Source: Candidatus Tayloriibacteriota bacterium (GTDB lineage Bacteria > Patescibacteriota > Minisyncoccia > Phycocordibacterales > CAIRYW01). Taken from it: DNA of 54,899 nt. Positions 47,250 to 54,899 of the stretch are shown in pieces (position 1 is the stretch's first letter; the number at the start of each line of letters is the position of its first letter). Under the pieces are notes generated by a model, which worked only from the letters and a program-made list of their open reading frames with translations, did no database searches and was not told where the DNA came from. The stretch is taken from contig JARIGV010000002.1 of NCBI GenBank assembly GCA_029288615.1, positions 1-54,899 on the forward strand, in the 5' to 3' direction. The translations under genes and the position numbers were made by a program.

Positions 47250-48671
47250 CTACGGAAGTTTTGGCATTGGAAGAGTAACACCGGCGCAATTAAGAGAATT
47301 AATTCTCCAAAGCGTTGTCTTGTAGACATATCCTGTTGCAACAGTGTCAGGAAATCCTGCATCAATCCAAGGCTTCAAAACATAGAGTGATTCTGCGCTC
47401 TGAAATTTTTCTACAGCATCGAATGTCGCCTGATCATAGACACCGTTTACAGTAAGATTTGCATTCTCATATCCGTTAAGGAATGTCTGAAGTTTCTTAA
47501 CCTGTTCTGAATCATTATTTGCTCCAAATTTAATGAAGCTTGTGAGGTATGGCGTACATGATCCTCCTGACTCATCACCTGGGCCGATTTCAGCACCGAG
47601 AACCTGTCCACCAGATCTTCGATTTCCTCCTGGACGTGGAATAACTGTGTCTGTTGTTGTGCTTGTGTTGTCAGTTGGTGTCGTTGTCATAGAAACATTC
47701 TGTCTGTTTGTAATTGTCACAACCGTTGTTACACCAGCCTCTGGAGTAATCTGCGCGCCAGAAGTATCGCTGTTTTGGTCAGGGAGAATTGAGACTGTCG
47801 TGTAATCAGAATCAGCCGTTTCTCGAAGTGTGTATTCAATTCCTGGGTAAAGACCTTCGAAGAGAACATCATTTCCAACACTAATTGAATGCGGAGCAAA
47901 CTGTGAATCACCCTGCGCGAGAATGACACCAAATGTGTGAGTATCCGTCGTTACAGGTATATCGCTGTCCGCCGGCAATACAACCTTCACAACCTTGATA
48001 CTTCCGCGAGTTGCTGTGTTTGTAAATGTGCAATCTGCTTCATCTCCATTGTCATGAAGATATACGGCCTCACCGTTTGAGATCTGTGAACCTTCTGATT
48101 CATCGTAGACACATGACACATTTGAAAGAGTCCAATATTCTGGAACATCTTCTGTCACTGTGTAATCTCCTGCTGGAAGATTGCTAAAGACTGCATCATT
48201 GCCACCTTCTTTTGCATTTGCAGTCGAAGTTGCAACGATCGTTCCTTCTCCAGATGTTCCCTGTCGTACTGTAAAAGTAAAATCTTTATCGACATTTTCT
48301 GGGTTTGTGACCTTGTGTACTCGGATTGTCACGAGTGCAGGCTGTACTACATGCACTGTTCGAGTCACTGGATTTGCATGAAGGATATTGTCCTCATCGT
48401 GCGCGTCAGTTACATTGTAAGTAATCGTGTAATCTCCCGCGACAGATGTATCTATCGGAAGACCTGTAGTGACAATATTTGGTGTAATGTCATTGTTAAA
48501 TACATCAACTGCAGTTGCTCCAGCGTCTGTATATGTATCTCCAACATTAACTGTCACATCTGTATTTCCAAGAAGTGTAATCGATGGAAGTGCACTAATT
48601 GCATGCACCTCTCCTGCCCCAAAAGAAGCAAAAGCTGCAAGCAAAGCAAAACTAATAAAATATTTCTTCAT
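47250..48671 (-). CDS. Secreted protein: Ig-like (DUF5011-type) domain, two prealbumin/SpaA-like domains, C-terminal peptidoglycan-binding domain
   Basis: ATG at 48671 gives the signal peptide MKKYFISFALLAAFASFGAGEVHA. It carries GDTYTDAGATA..GDYTITYNVTD, GDYTVTE-type repeats, and a PG_binding_1-like C-terminus (VKKLQTFLNGY..VNGVYDQATFDAVEKFQ). Confidence 0.8.
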   Translation of the reverse strand: MKKYFISFALLAAFASFGAGEVHAISALPSITLLGNTDVTVNVGDTYTDAGATAVDVFNNDITPNIVTTGLPIDTSVAGDYTITYNVTDAHDEDNILHANPVTRTVHVVQPALVTIRVHKVTNPENVDKDFTFTVRQGTSGEGTIVATSTANAKEGGNDAVFSNLPAGDYTVTEDVPEYWTLSNVSCVYDESEGSQISNGEAVYLHDNGDEADCTFTNTATRGSIKVVKVVLPADSDIPVTTDTHTFGVILAQGDSQFAPHSISVGNDVLFEGLYPGIEYTLRETADSDYTTVSILPDQNSDTSGAQITPEAGVTTVVTITNRQNVSMTTTPTDNTSTTTDTVIPRPGGNRRSGGQVLGAEIGPGDESGGSCTPYLTSFIKFGANNDSEQVKKLQTFLNGYENANLTVNGVYDQATFDAVEKFQSAESLYVLKPWIDAGFPDTVATGYVYKTTLWRINSLNCAGVTLPMPKLP

Positions 48672-48814
48672 ATTTTTACTTAATAACTGCCAATAAAGAA
48701 TAAATACCACTGAAAAATACTATTCTACCCCGTATTGTCAATGATATTTACAAAAAAGAATTTTGTTTCGTAATCTTGCCTATTTTATTTCACAAAAGAC
48801 GCTATTATTAGAGA

Positions 48815-49441
48815 ATGTTCGGGCTCACAAAAAAAGAATTAGCCATTCTCAAAAAACTGTCGTCTCCAATAAAAATTCAGAATTTTCTCGACACAATTCC
48901 TGCAAATTACGAGAAAAAAGGTGAAACATACATGTCGCCGCGTCGCACTCTTCGCGAGAAAAAAGCACACTGTCTTGAGGGAGCCCTCATCGCTGCTGCC
49001 GCACTTCTTCTTCAAGGAGAAAAACCACTTCTTATGGATCTTAAAACTGTACCGCCAGATACTGATCATGTCGTAGCGCTTTATAAGAGAAATGGATTTT
49101 GGGGAGCGATCTCGAAAACAAATCATGCAACCATTCGCTTTCGCGATCCGATTTACAAAACACTCCGTGAGCTCGCCCTTTCCTACTTCCATGAATACTT
49201 CGACAACAAAAGCGGCAAAAAAACTCTACGCTCATATTCTGTCCCGCTCGACCTTACTATTTTTGGAGAAAATTGGATAACGAGCGAAGAAAATCTCGAT
49301 GAAATTGCAGTGAAGCTCGACACCATCAACCACTTTGAGCTTATTCCTTCAAAAAATAAAAAGCTCATTCGCAAAGCAGACAAAATGGAACGTAAAGCCG
49401 GTTCACTTCTCGAATGGAAGAGAAGCGACAAACGTACATAA
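48815..49441 (+). CDS. Hypothetical protein, possible transglutaminase-like cysteine-protease fold
   Basis: A Cys (KKAHCLEGA) and a His (DTDHVVALY) are spaced as in transglutaminase-like cores. This is a weak assignment. Confidence 0.5.
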   Translation: MFGLTKKELAILKKLSSPIKIQNFLDTIPANYEKKGETYMSPRRTLREKKAHCLEGALIAAAALLLQGEKPLLMDLKTVPPDTDHVVALYKRNGFWGAISKTNHATIRFRDPIYKTLRELALSYFHEYFDNKSGKKTLRSYSVPLDLTIFGENWITSEENLDEIAVKLDTINHFELIPSKNKKLIRKADKMERKAGSLLEWKRSDKRT

Positions 49442-49465
49442 GAAATTTTGATATAATATCGGGAC

Positions 49466-50368
49466 ATGAAAGAGATTAAAGATTTCATTTCAGACAGAGT
49501 CTCAAAAGATATTGCGATCATTGTCGCTTTTCTTCTTGCTGTCACAGCAGGATTTTTGGGTTTTAAATATTATCTTCTTCTTCGAGAAAATTCCGTGCTT
49601 AAAATGAGCAATGATTCTCTTAATAATTCTCTCCAGGCACTCACTATAAACTACAGCAAGCTTCGTGATGAAAAAAACGGCCTTTCAACTTCCCTTCAAG
49701 ATCAAACACAGAAAGTCACAGCTCTCGCAAATGAAGTCGGTGGCATTTCTGGCACAGTGAGCACTCTCACAAAACTCTCACAGACCGATCCTGAGCTTCT
49801 TGAGAAATATTCGAAAGTATATTTCCTCAATGAAAATTATGTTCCTAAATCTCTCACTCCGATCGCTCCAGAATTTACATTTGAAAAAAGCAGAACATAC
49901 ATGGCACTTACAGACATCATGCCTCATCTGCAAGGAATGCTTCTTTCTGCAAGTTCAAGCAATATAAATCTTCTTGTTGTTTCCGCGTATCGATCTTTTA
50001 ATGATCAGTCATCACTTAAGTCTACATATAAAGTGACATATGGCGCCGGAACAGCAAATTCATTCTCAGCTGATCAAGGATACTCAGAACATCAGCTCGG
50101 CACAGCTTTCGACCTTACAACAAAAAAAGTTGGTGGCTCTTTCACAGGGTTTGAAAAGACTGATGCATATACATGGCTTGTCGCTAATGCATATAAATAT
50201 GGTTTCATTCTTTCCTATCCTCCTCACAATTCTTATTATGTGTATGAGCCTTGGCACTGGCGTTATGTTGGTATTGCACTCGCAACATATCTTCACGATC
50301 AAAATAAAAATTTCTACGATCTCGACCAACGAACAATTGATCAGTATCTCGTCAATTTCTTTGACTAA
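49466..50368 (+). CDS. D-alanyl-D-alanine carboxypeptidase, peptidase M15B (VanY-like)
   Basis: N-terminal TM and coiled coil, then SAYRS, SEHQLGTAFD and EPWHWRYVG motifs. Confidence 0.85.
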   Translation: MKEIKDFISDRVSKDIAIIVAFLLAVTAGFLGFKYYLLLRENSVLKMSNDSLNNSLQALTINYSKLRDEKNGLSTSLQDQTQKVTALANEVGGISGTVSTLTKLSQTDPELLEKYSKVYFLNENYVPKSLTPIAPEFTFEKSRTYMALTDIMPHLQGMLLSASSSNINLLVVSAYRSFNDQSSLKSTYKVTYGAGTANSFSADQGYSEHQLGTAFDLTTKKVGGSFTGFEKTDAYTWLVANAYKYGFILSYPPHNSYYVYEPWHWRYVGIALATYLHDQNKNFYDLDQRTIDQYLVNFFD

Positions 50369-50580
50369 GAACAAATTTCTTCGTTTTTTCACCATACAAA
50401 AATTACGCAATAAAAAAATAATTTTGTAATGTAATTTTTTTCTTTTTGGCCGTCTTCAAGAATAGGCTTCGACTGCCTTCGTTTATAATAAACAAGGGAG
50501 CAATTATATGCGCTTTATTCCTTGGAATAAGCCTGATGCACCCACTTTCACATAAGACAAGGCTTGCCGGAACCAATACA

Positions 50581-50610
50581 AAACACCCCGCATAAGCGGG
50601 GTGTTTTTTT
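50581..50610. terminator. Bidirectional hairpin terminator
   Basis: AAACACCCCGC-ataa-GCGGGGTGTTT followed by a T-run. Confidence 0.65.
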
Positions 50611-50629
50611 ATTACAGATGAGGAGTGAA

Positions 50630-50842
50630 TTACATTGAGGATCCCCCACACATTCTGCAATTCTTTTTATGTGTGACAATTTCGTAGATTGCCGATAGTC
50701 CAACGAGAACGTAGACGATCATCGAGAGCGTAGATCCCGCACCGAAGATTGCATCAACAAGATTCCAGCCGAATGCGACGAGAAGCCAGTTGAGTCCTCC
50801 AACAGCGAGGAGGATAAACGTAACCATATGAAGAGCTTTCAT
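50630..50842 (-). CDS. DUF378 family small membrane protein
   Basis: The motif LLAVGGLNWLLVAFGWNLV is typical of DUF378. 70 aa. Confidence 0.8.
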   Translation of the reverse strand: MKALHMVTFILLAVGGLNWLLVAFGWNLVDAIFGAGSTLSMIVYVLVGLSAIYEIVTHKKNCRMCGGSSM

Positions 50843-51002
50843 AATATTTTTTGAAGCTACTTAAATTTGTAAACGACTTTTATACTTATATTATGAACCT
50901 CATCCACAAAATTGCGAGAAGATTATCCACATAATATTTTTCACGGAACAATAATTTCTCTTTCTAAAAAAGCCTTATTCTCTGTGATATAATCAGTGCC
51001 AC

Positions 51003-52283
51003 ATGGAAAAAATAGTCCTTGATTTTCTTTCGGCTCACGGCCCGCTTTTCCAAACACTCGGCTATTACATAGTCTTTGTTTCTGGCTTTCTCGAATCCCT
51101 TCCAGTTGCAGGTTTTATTATTCCTGGGCAGACCATTGTAGTCATCGGAGGATTCTTTGCCAAAAGGAAAGCTGTAGCATTTCTTCTCATGCTCGCCTTC
51201 GCAGCGGTGGGTGCAATACTTGGAGATGTAGTAAGTTATTATCTTGGAAAAAAGTACGGTGAAAGTTTTCTTCGCAAACACGGCGGGAAATTTTTTGTAA
51301 AAGAAAGTCTTATTGAATCGACAAAAAAACTTGTCCGAGAGCACACAGGAAAAGCTCTTTTTTTCGGAAGACTTAATGGAGTCACTCGTTCACTTGCTCC
51401 CTTCATCGCTGGAACATCTGGCATCGAAACTTCTACTTTCCTTTTTTATTGTACAAGCGGTTGCTTTGCATGGGCCACCATTTTCGTTTCTGTTGGATAT
51501 ATTTTCGGCAGAAGCTTTGAAGTGGCAGCACCAGTTATTGGAAAATTTATTATTCTTGCAACACTTATTGTAGGTGCGCTCATTCTTCTTGTTCAATATA
51601 TGAAAAAGCGAGGCTTCACACTTTCTCGCTACGACATACAGCTCCTCGTCACAAACATTGTTTCAATCTATGTTTTTACAAGTATTGGCCAAGCACTTGC
51701 AAAAGGATCACAAATTATTGGATCTTTTGATATGCGCACAGAAAGGATTATTGACCGACTTCATTCGCCTCTTTTTGATAAAGTCATGCTCATCATTGGG
51801 AATATCGGTGAAGTGCAGCTTATTGTTCTTGTTGGATTACTTTGTCTCCTTCTTCACTTTGAAAAACGAACTCGAGAAAGTATTTCTTTGACACTCTCAC
51901 TTCTAACGGGATATATTCTCGTCTTCTTCACAAAAATTATTTTTCTTCGACCACGACCGCCTGCTGGTATGATTACTCTTTCCGATTCTAGTTTCCCTTC
52001 AGGTCATGCTACTCTCTCAACACTTTTTTTCCTCATTATCATTCATACATTTACTCCAAAAATTCCTTCAGGGCTTCGACGCTTCATCTTCGTAACATGT
52101 AACATACTCCTTATCATCACCGTCTGCTTCTCACGAGTATATCTTGATGTGCATTATGCGACCGATGTCATTGCAGGCATAGCCCTTGGAGCTTGGGTTT
52201 TCTCGCTCACTCTCCTTGCGTCAAAATGTGCACCGTGGTTACATAAGAAAATTAAAAGAGAACAAATTATTCCTAATCTATAA
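51003..52283 (+). CDS. Fusion protein: DedA (VTT/SNARE-associated) domain plus PAP2 phosphatase domain
   Basis: aa 1 to about 200 carry DedA motifs (GFLESLPVAGFIIPG; FGRLNGVTRSLAPFIAG). aa from about 300 to 426 carry the PAP2 motifs KIIFLRPRP, PSGHAT and SRVYLDVHYATDV. Confidence 0.85.
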   Translation: MEKIVLDFLSAHGPLFQTLGYYIVFVSGFLESLPVAGFIIPGQTIVVIGGFFAKRKAVAFLLMLAFAAVGAILGDVVSYYLGKKYGESFLRKHGGKFFVKESLIESTKKLVREHTGKALFFGRLNGVTRSLAPFIAGTSGIETSTFLFYCTSGCFAWATIFVSVGYIFGRSFEVAAPVIGKFIILATLIVGALILLVQYMKKRGFTLSRYDIQLLVTNIVSIYVFTSIGQALAKGSQIIGSFDMRTERIIDRLHSPLFDKVMLIIGNIGEVQLIVLVGLLCLLLHFEKRTRESISLTLSLLTGYILVFFTKIIFLRPRPPAGMITLSDSSFPSGHATLSTLFFLIIIHTFTPKIPSGLRRFIFVTCNILLIITVCFSRVYLDVHYATDVIAGIALGAWVFSLTLLASKCAPWLHKKIKREQIIPNL

Positions 52284-52288
52284 ATCCA

Positions 52289-53533
52289 ATGGCAAAAGAT
52301 TACGTTCCATCAAAGAAAATTCTAGAAAACTATGCAAAAGTCATGATCAATTTTGCACTTGGTGGTGGAAAAGGAGTCCAGAAAGGAGAAACTGTCTACC
52401 TCACATGTAATGAATATGCCCGACCTCTTTACACCGAGCTCTATAAAGCGATCATTAAAGCCGGAGGAAATGTCATTCAAAATTACATTCCCGACGATCG
52501 CGATACATATGATAAGCAGAATTCTAACGTCTCTCGCCTTTTCTACGAGATCGCAAAAGACGAACAACTTTCATACTTCCCTTCTAAATATCTCAAAGGT
52601 CTTATCGACGAGATCGATCATTCGATTTATGTTCTCTCTGACACAAACAAACATATTCTCAAAGGTATCGATCCAAAAAAAATAATGCTTCGTGGCCAGG
52701 CATTCAAACCATACATGGACTGGCGAAATGAAAAGGAAAATAAAGGAAAATTCACTTGGTCTCTCTGTCTTTACGGTACACCTGCAATGGCAAAAGAAGC
52801 ACGTATGCCGCTTAAAACATATTGGAATGAGATTATCAAAGCATGTTTTCTTGATAAAAAAGATCCGATCAAAGAATGGAAAAAAGTTTTTGCAATGGTT
52901 GAGAAAGCACAGAAAAAACTCAACTCACTTCCAATGGAGAAAGTACATGTCGTTGGTCCCGATGTAGACCTTTGGGTACAAATTGGCAAAAGACGAAAAT
53001 GGATGGGTGGCTCAGGACGAAATATCCCATCATTTGAGCTCTTCACTTCCCCAGACTGGCGTGGCACAAACGGCTGGATCAGATTCTCAGAGCCACTCTA
53101 CCGCTACGGAAACCTCATCACCGGAGTTGAGCTTTGGTTTAAAGATGGCAAAGTAGTCAAAGCGAAAGCAAAGCAGAATGAAAAAGTTTTGAAACAAATG
53201 ATCGCAACTGCAAATGCTGATAAAGTTGGAGAATTCTCTCTCACTGATAAACGATTCTCTCGTATTACAAAATTTATGGCGGAAACTCTTTTCGATGAAA
53301 ATGTTGGTGGGCCAAATGGTAACACTCATATTGCTCTCGGAAATGCATATCATGATTGTCTCGCTGACGACCCTTCAACACTCAATCCTGAAGACTGGGA
53401 AGAACTCGGCTTCAATAACTCATCAGTACATACCGATATTGTTTCTACAACACCGCGTACTGTTACAGCTTACATGACTGACGGAAGCGAAGAAGTCATC
53501 TACAAGAACGGAATGTTCACCTTCATAAAATAA
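52289..53533 (+). CDS. Aminopeptidase, peptidase family M29 (AmpS/PepS-like)
   Basis: N-terminus L.NYAKV.INFALGGGKGVQKGE.V and C-terminal NSSVHTD. 414 aa. Confidence 0.85.
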   Translation: MAKDYVPSKKILENYAKVMINFALGGGKGVQKGETVYLTCNEYARPLYTELYKAIIKAGGNVIQNYIPDDRDTYDKQNSNVSRLFYEIAKDEQLSYFPSKYLKGLIDEIDHSIYVLSDTNKHILKGIDPKKIMLRGQAFKPYMDWRNEKENKGKFTWSLCLYGTPAMAKEARMPLKTYWNEIIKACFLDKKDPIKEWKKVFAMVEKAQKKLNSLPMEKVHVVGPDVDLWVQIGKRRKWMGGSGRNIPSFELFTSPDWRGTNGWIRFSEPLYRYGNLITGVELWFKDGKVVKAKAKQNEKVLKQMIATANADKVGEFSLTDKRFSRITKFMAETLFDENVGGPNGNTHIALGNAYHDCLADDPSTLNPEDWEELGFNNSSVHTDIVSTTPRTVTAYMTDGSEEVIYKNGMFTFIK

Positions 53534-53536
53534 AAA

Positions 53537-53566
53537 TTCGCCTGTTATTACAGGCGAAGCTTTTTT
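53537..53566. terminator. Bidirectional hairpin terminator
   Basis: TTCGCCTG-ttatta-CAGGCGAA followed by T6. Confidence 0.65.
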
Positions 53567-53791
53567 GGCAACTTAGGTATCTCACATTTTCTTTCGAGAG
53601 TCATTTCCCTGCGCCATTCAACAAAATGAATCACTGGGTGATACCTGAGATCAGATTCGGCCTTTGCATTCATCACAGTCTGCTCGTTGCAAAGGACATT
53701 GCTTTGACTGGAGATATAGATACCAACAAACGATAATGTACTATCGCATTGACCAAGAAAAAGTGCCCTACTCATATCGGGCATATATAAT

Positions 53792-54586
53792 ATGAAAAAC
53801 AATCCTATGTCAAAAATTTGGAACCAAAAACAGATCAAAGATCACGAGGAAGCTGCACAGAAACTAGGTCTTGTAAAAGACGACGTCAAAGAATTTTTGT
53901 CTGCGCACAAAAATGTCAGCGAGTCTGAAGTTCTTATTTTTATAAAGAAAAGATATAGAGCGCACGGACTTATAAATGATGACAAGAAAGAATTTGCGAT
54001 TGTTGCCTTTCGTGAGAACACATCTGCTGTGCATTATTTTCCTAAAAAGAAAGGGCTTCTTCTAAAAAATAATTCACTTATCCTTCTCGACATCTGGGCA
54101 AGACTTGATAAGAAGAATACTCCCTACGCTGATATGACTTGGATGTTTTATTTTTTGCCGAAGCAAAAAATATCAAAAAACAGCGTGGGTAGAATTCCGA
54201 AAGACATCGAGAAAAAATGGCAGATTCTGCGAGATGCTCGAGACACAGCAGTCGAAACAATAAAAAAATTTCTTACAAAGAATTCCCTTCCACGCGGCCT
54301 TGATATCGATCGAGCGTCACACGACTTTCTAGGAGAAAAAAGTTTTGGTGAGAATATTAAACACACAGTCGGACATTCTCTTGGATTTGATCATCCACAC
54401 GGGACACTTCCAGGAATCAACTGGCGTGAATATCGAACACTTTCAAAAAATATTGGCTACACAATAGAGCCTGGAATGTATTTTGAGAAGAAATTCGGTC
54501 TGCGTACCGAAATAGATTTCTATATTTCAAAAGAAAATAAAGTTATCGTTACAACCCCCGTTCAAGAAAATATTGATCTCATTTGA
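53792..54586 (+). CDS. M24 family metallopeptidase (Xaa-Pro peptidase-like)
   Basis: GHSLGFD.HG and EPGMYFE..FGLRTEID motifs. An alternative ATG lies at 53807. Confidence 0.75.
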   Translation: MKNNPMSKIWNQKQIKDHEEAAQKLGLVKDDVKEFLSAHKNVSESEVLIFIKKRYRAHGLINDDKKEFAIVAFRENTSAVHYFPKKKGLLLKNNSLILLDIWARLDKKNTPYADMTWMFYFLPKQKISKNSVGRIPKDIEKKWQILRDARDTAVETIKKFLTKNSLPRGLDIDRASHDFLGEKSFGENIKHTVGHSLGFDHPHGTLPGINWREYRTLSKNIGYTIEPGMYFEKKFGLRTEIDFYISKENKVIVTTPVQENIDLI

Positions 54587-54610
54587 CATCATGCCTCATT
54601 CTTCTAAACT
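54583..54610 (+). promoter_or_regulatory. Promoter TTGACA-16-TAAACT overlapping the M24 stop codon
   Basis: -35 at 54583..54588 (it contains the TGA stop) and -10 at 54605..54610. The ATG at 54620 lies 9 nt downstream. Confidence 0.45.
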
Positions 54611-54619
54611 GGGTGCAGT

Positions 54620-54850
54620 ATGGCACAACCCATCCCAGAAAAATGCGATCATTGCAAAGAGCGCGATGCAACACGAGAAATTGAAATCCACGTCTGGTCA
54701 CTAGGACCTGGAAATTGCACGCAGATTACACTCGGCAAATGCTGCAGCCTGGAAGCCTGTGCGCTTGCACTTACCTCGATGGCTCAGAAAAAAATCAGAG
54801 AGGGTCTCACCTTCGCACCGCCTCCTGCACTTTCCGAAAGCACAATCTAA
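54620..54850 (+). CDS. Hypothetical small Cys-rich protein, G+C-rich
   Basis: 76 aa with CDHC...C......CC....C. The terminator CGCTCCA-tcg-TGGAGCG plus a T-run follows. Confidence 0.45.
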   Translation: MAQPIPEKCDHCKERDATREIEIHVWSLGPGNCTQITLGKCCSLEACALALTSMAQKKIREGLTFAPPPALSESTI

Positions 54851-54875
54851 CGCTCCATCGTGGAGCGATTTTTTA
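54851..54875 (+). terminator. Intrinsic terminator
   Basis: 7-bp stem CGCTCCA/TGGAGCG followed by ATTTTTT. Confidence 0.6.
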
Positions 54876-54899
54876 TTATAAAAAATGCCAGCATTATTG

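Noticed and set aside
53548-53838. A 96-aa minus-strand ORF in the 258-nt spacer between the M29 and M24 peptidase genes.
   Set aside because: Its last codons are encoded by the terminator hairpin itself (53537..53566), and its 5' end overlaps the start of the M24 gene. No family or signal was recognised. A shorter version starting at 53784 or 53775 cannot be excluded, but I could not support it. The spacer remains unexplained.
1-54899. Alternative genetic code (UGA recoding, as in some candidate phyla), considered as an explanation for the ORF-free regions.
   Set aside because: All housekeeping genes are intact under the standard bacterial code. TGA is also used as a genuine stop, for example at the end of the M24 gene at 54584..54586.
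1-54899. CRISPR arrays, transposases, integrases, prophage genes, restriction-modification systems or recognisable toxin-antitoxin pairs.
   Set aside because: I found no regularly spaced direct repeats and no ORF with the corresponding motifs: DDE transposase, tyrosine or serine recombinase, Cas, methyltransferase (other than rsmH), or PIN/RelE/HicA. Any mobile-element activity is inferred only from composition.

Overview
This is a 54.9-kb, gene-dense bacterial chromosomal segment. Most genes sit in minus-strand operons.

**Likely organism (inference only).** The gene content resembles a small-genome monoderm such as a Patescibacteria/CPR (Parcubacteria-like) organism. Supporting content:
- a short dcw fragment, mraZ-rsmH-ftsL-ftsI-murF
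- proS followed by mreB-mreC-mreD-PBP2
- a second mreB next to murA
- lysS, greA, frr, rseP, holB, priA-def-fmt and hpf
- a sortase with large secreted Ig/FN3/cadherin-like proteins
- a DUF5679 mini-protein and many tiny membrane ORFans

**Other content.** There are two tRNAs, Glu-CUC and Asn-GUU. I saw no rRNA, CRISPR array, transposase, integrase or phage genes.

**Main items for a second look:**
1. An orphan unit of about 410 nt at 23610..24055 has a near-consensus promoter, a strong intrinsic terminator and no ORF. It is a candidate large structured ncRNA of unknown class.
2. A roughly 200-nt multi-hairpin RNA at 394..611 has its own TGnTATAAT promoter. It ends in a terminator directly in front of rplU, which is an attenuator-like layout.
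3. Single-gene G+C-rich islands recur in an otherwise A+T-rich backbone, each behind a native-looking promoter. They include an orphan IGPS-like gene and a PEP-CTERM protein in a sortase-bearing genome.
4. A sortase-linked surface-protein locus contains a Gly/Ser-rich FPSTG substrate. Two of its proteins share a GQVLGAxIGP motif.
5. A PriA homolog has lost its Walker A, DExH and SAT helicase motifs but keeps the Cys4 zinc module.
6. A DedA-PAP2 fusion protein is present.
7. At least 13 genes have a -10 element only 6-10 nt from the ATG, suggesting widespread leaderless or near-leaderless starts.

All family assignments come from motif recognition by eye. No database search was run.
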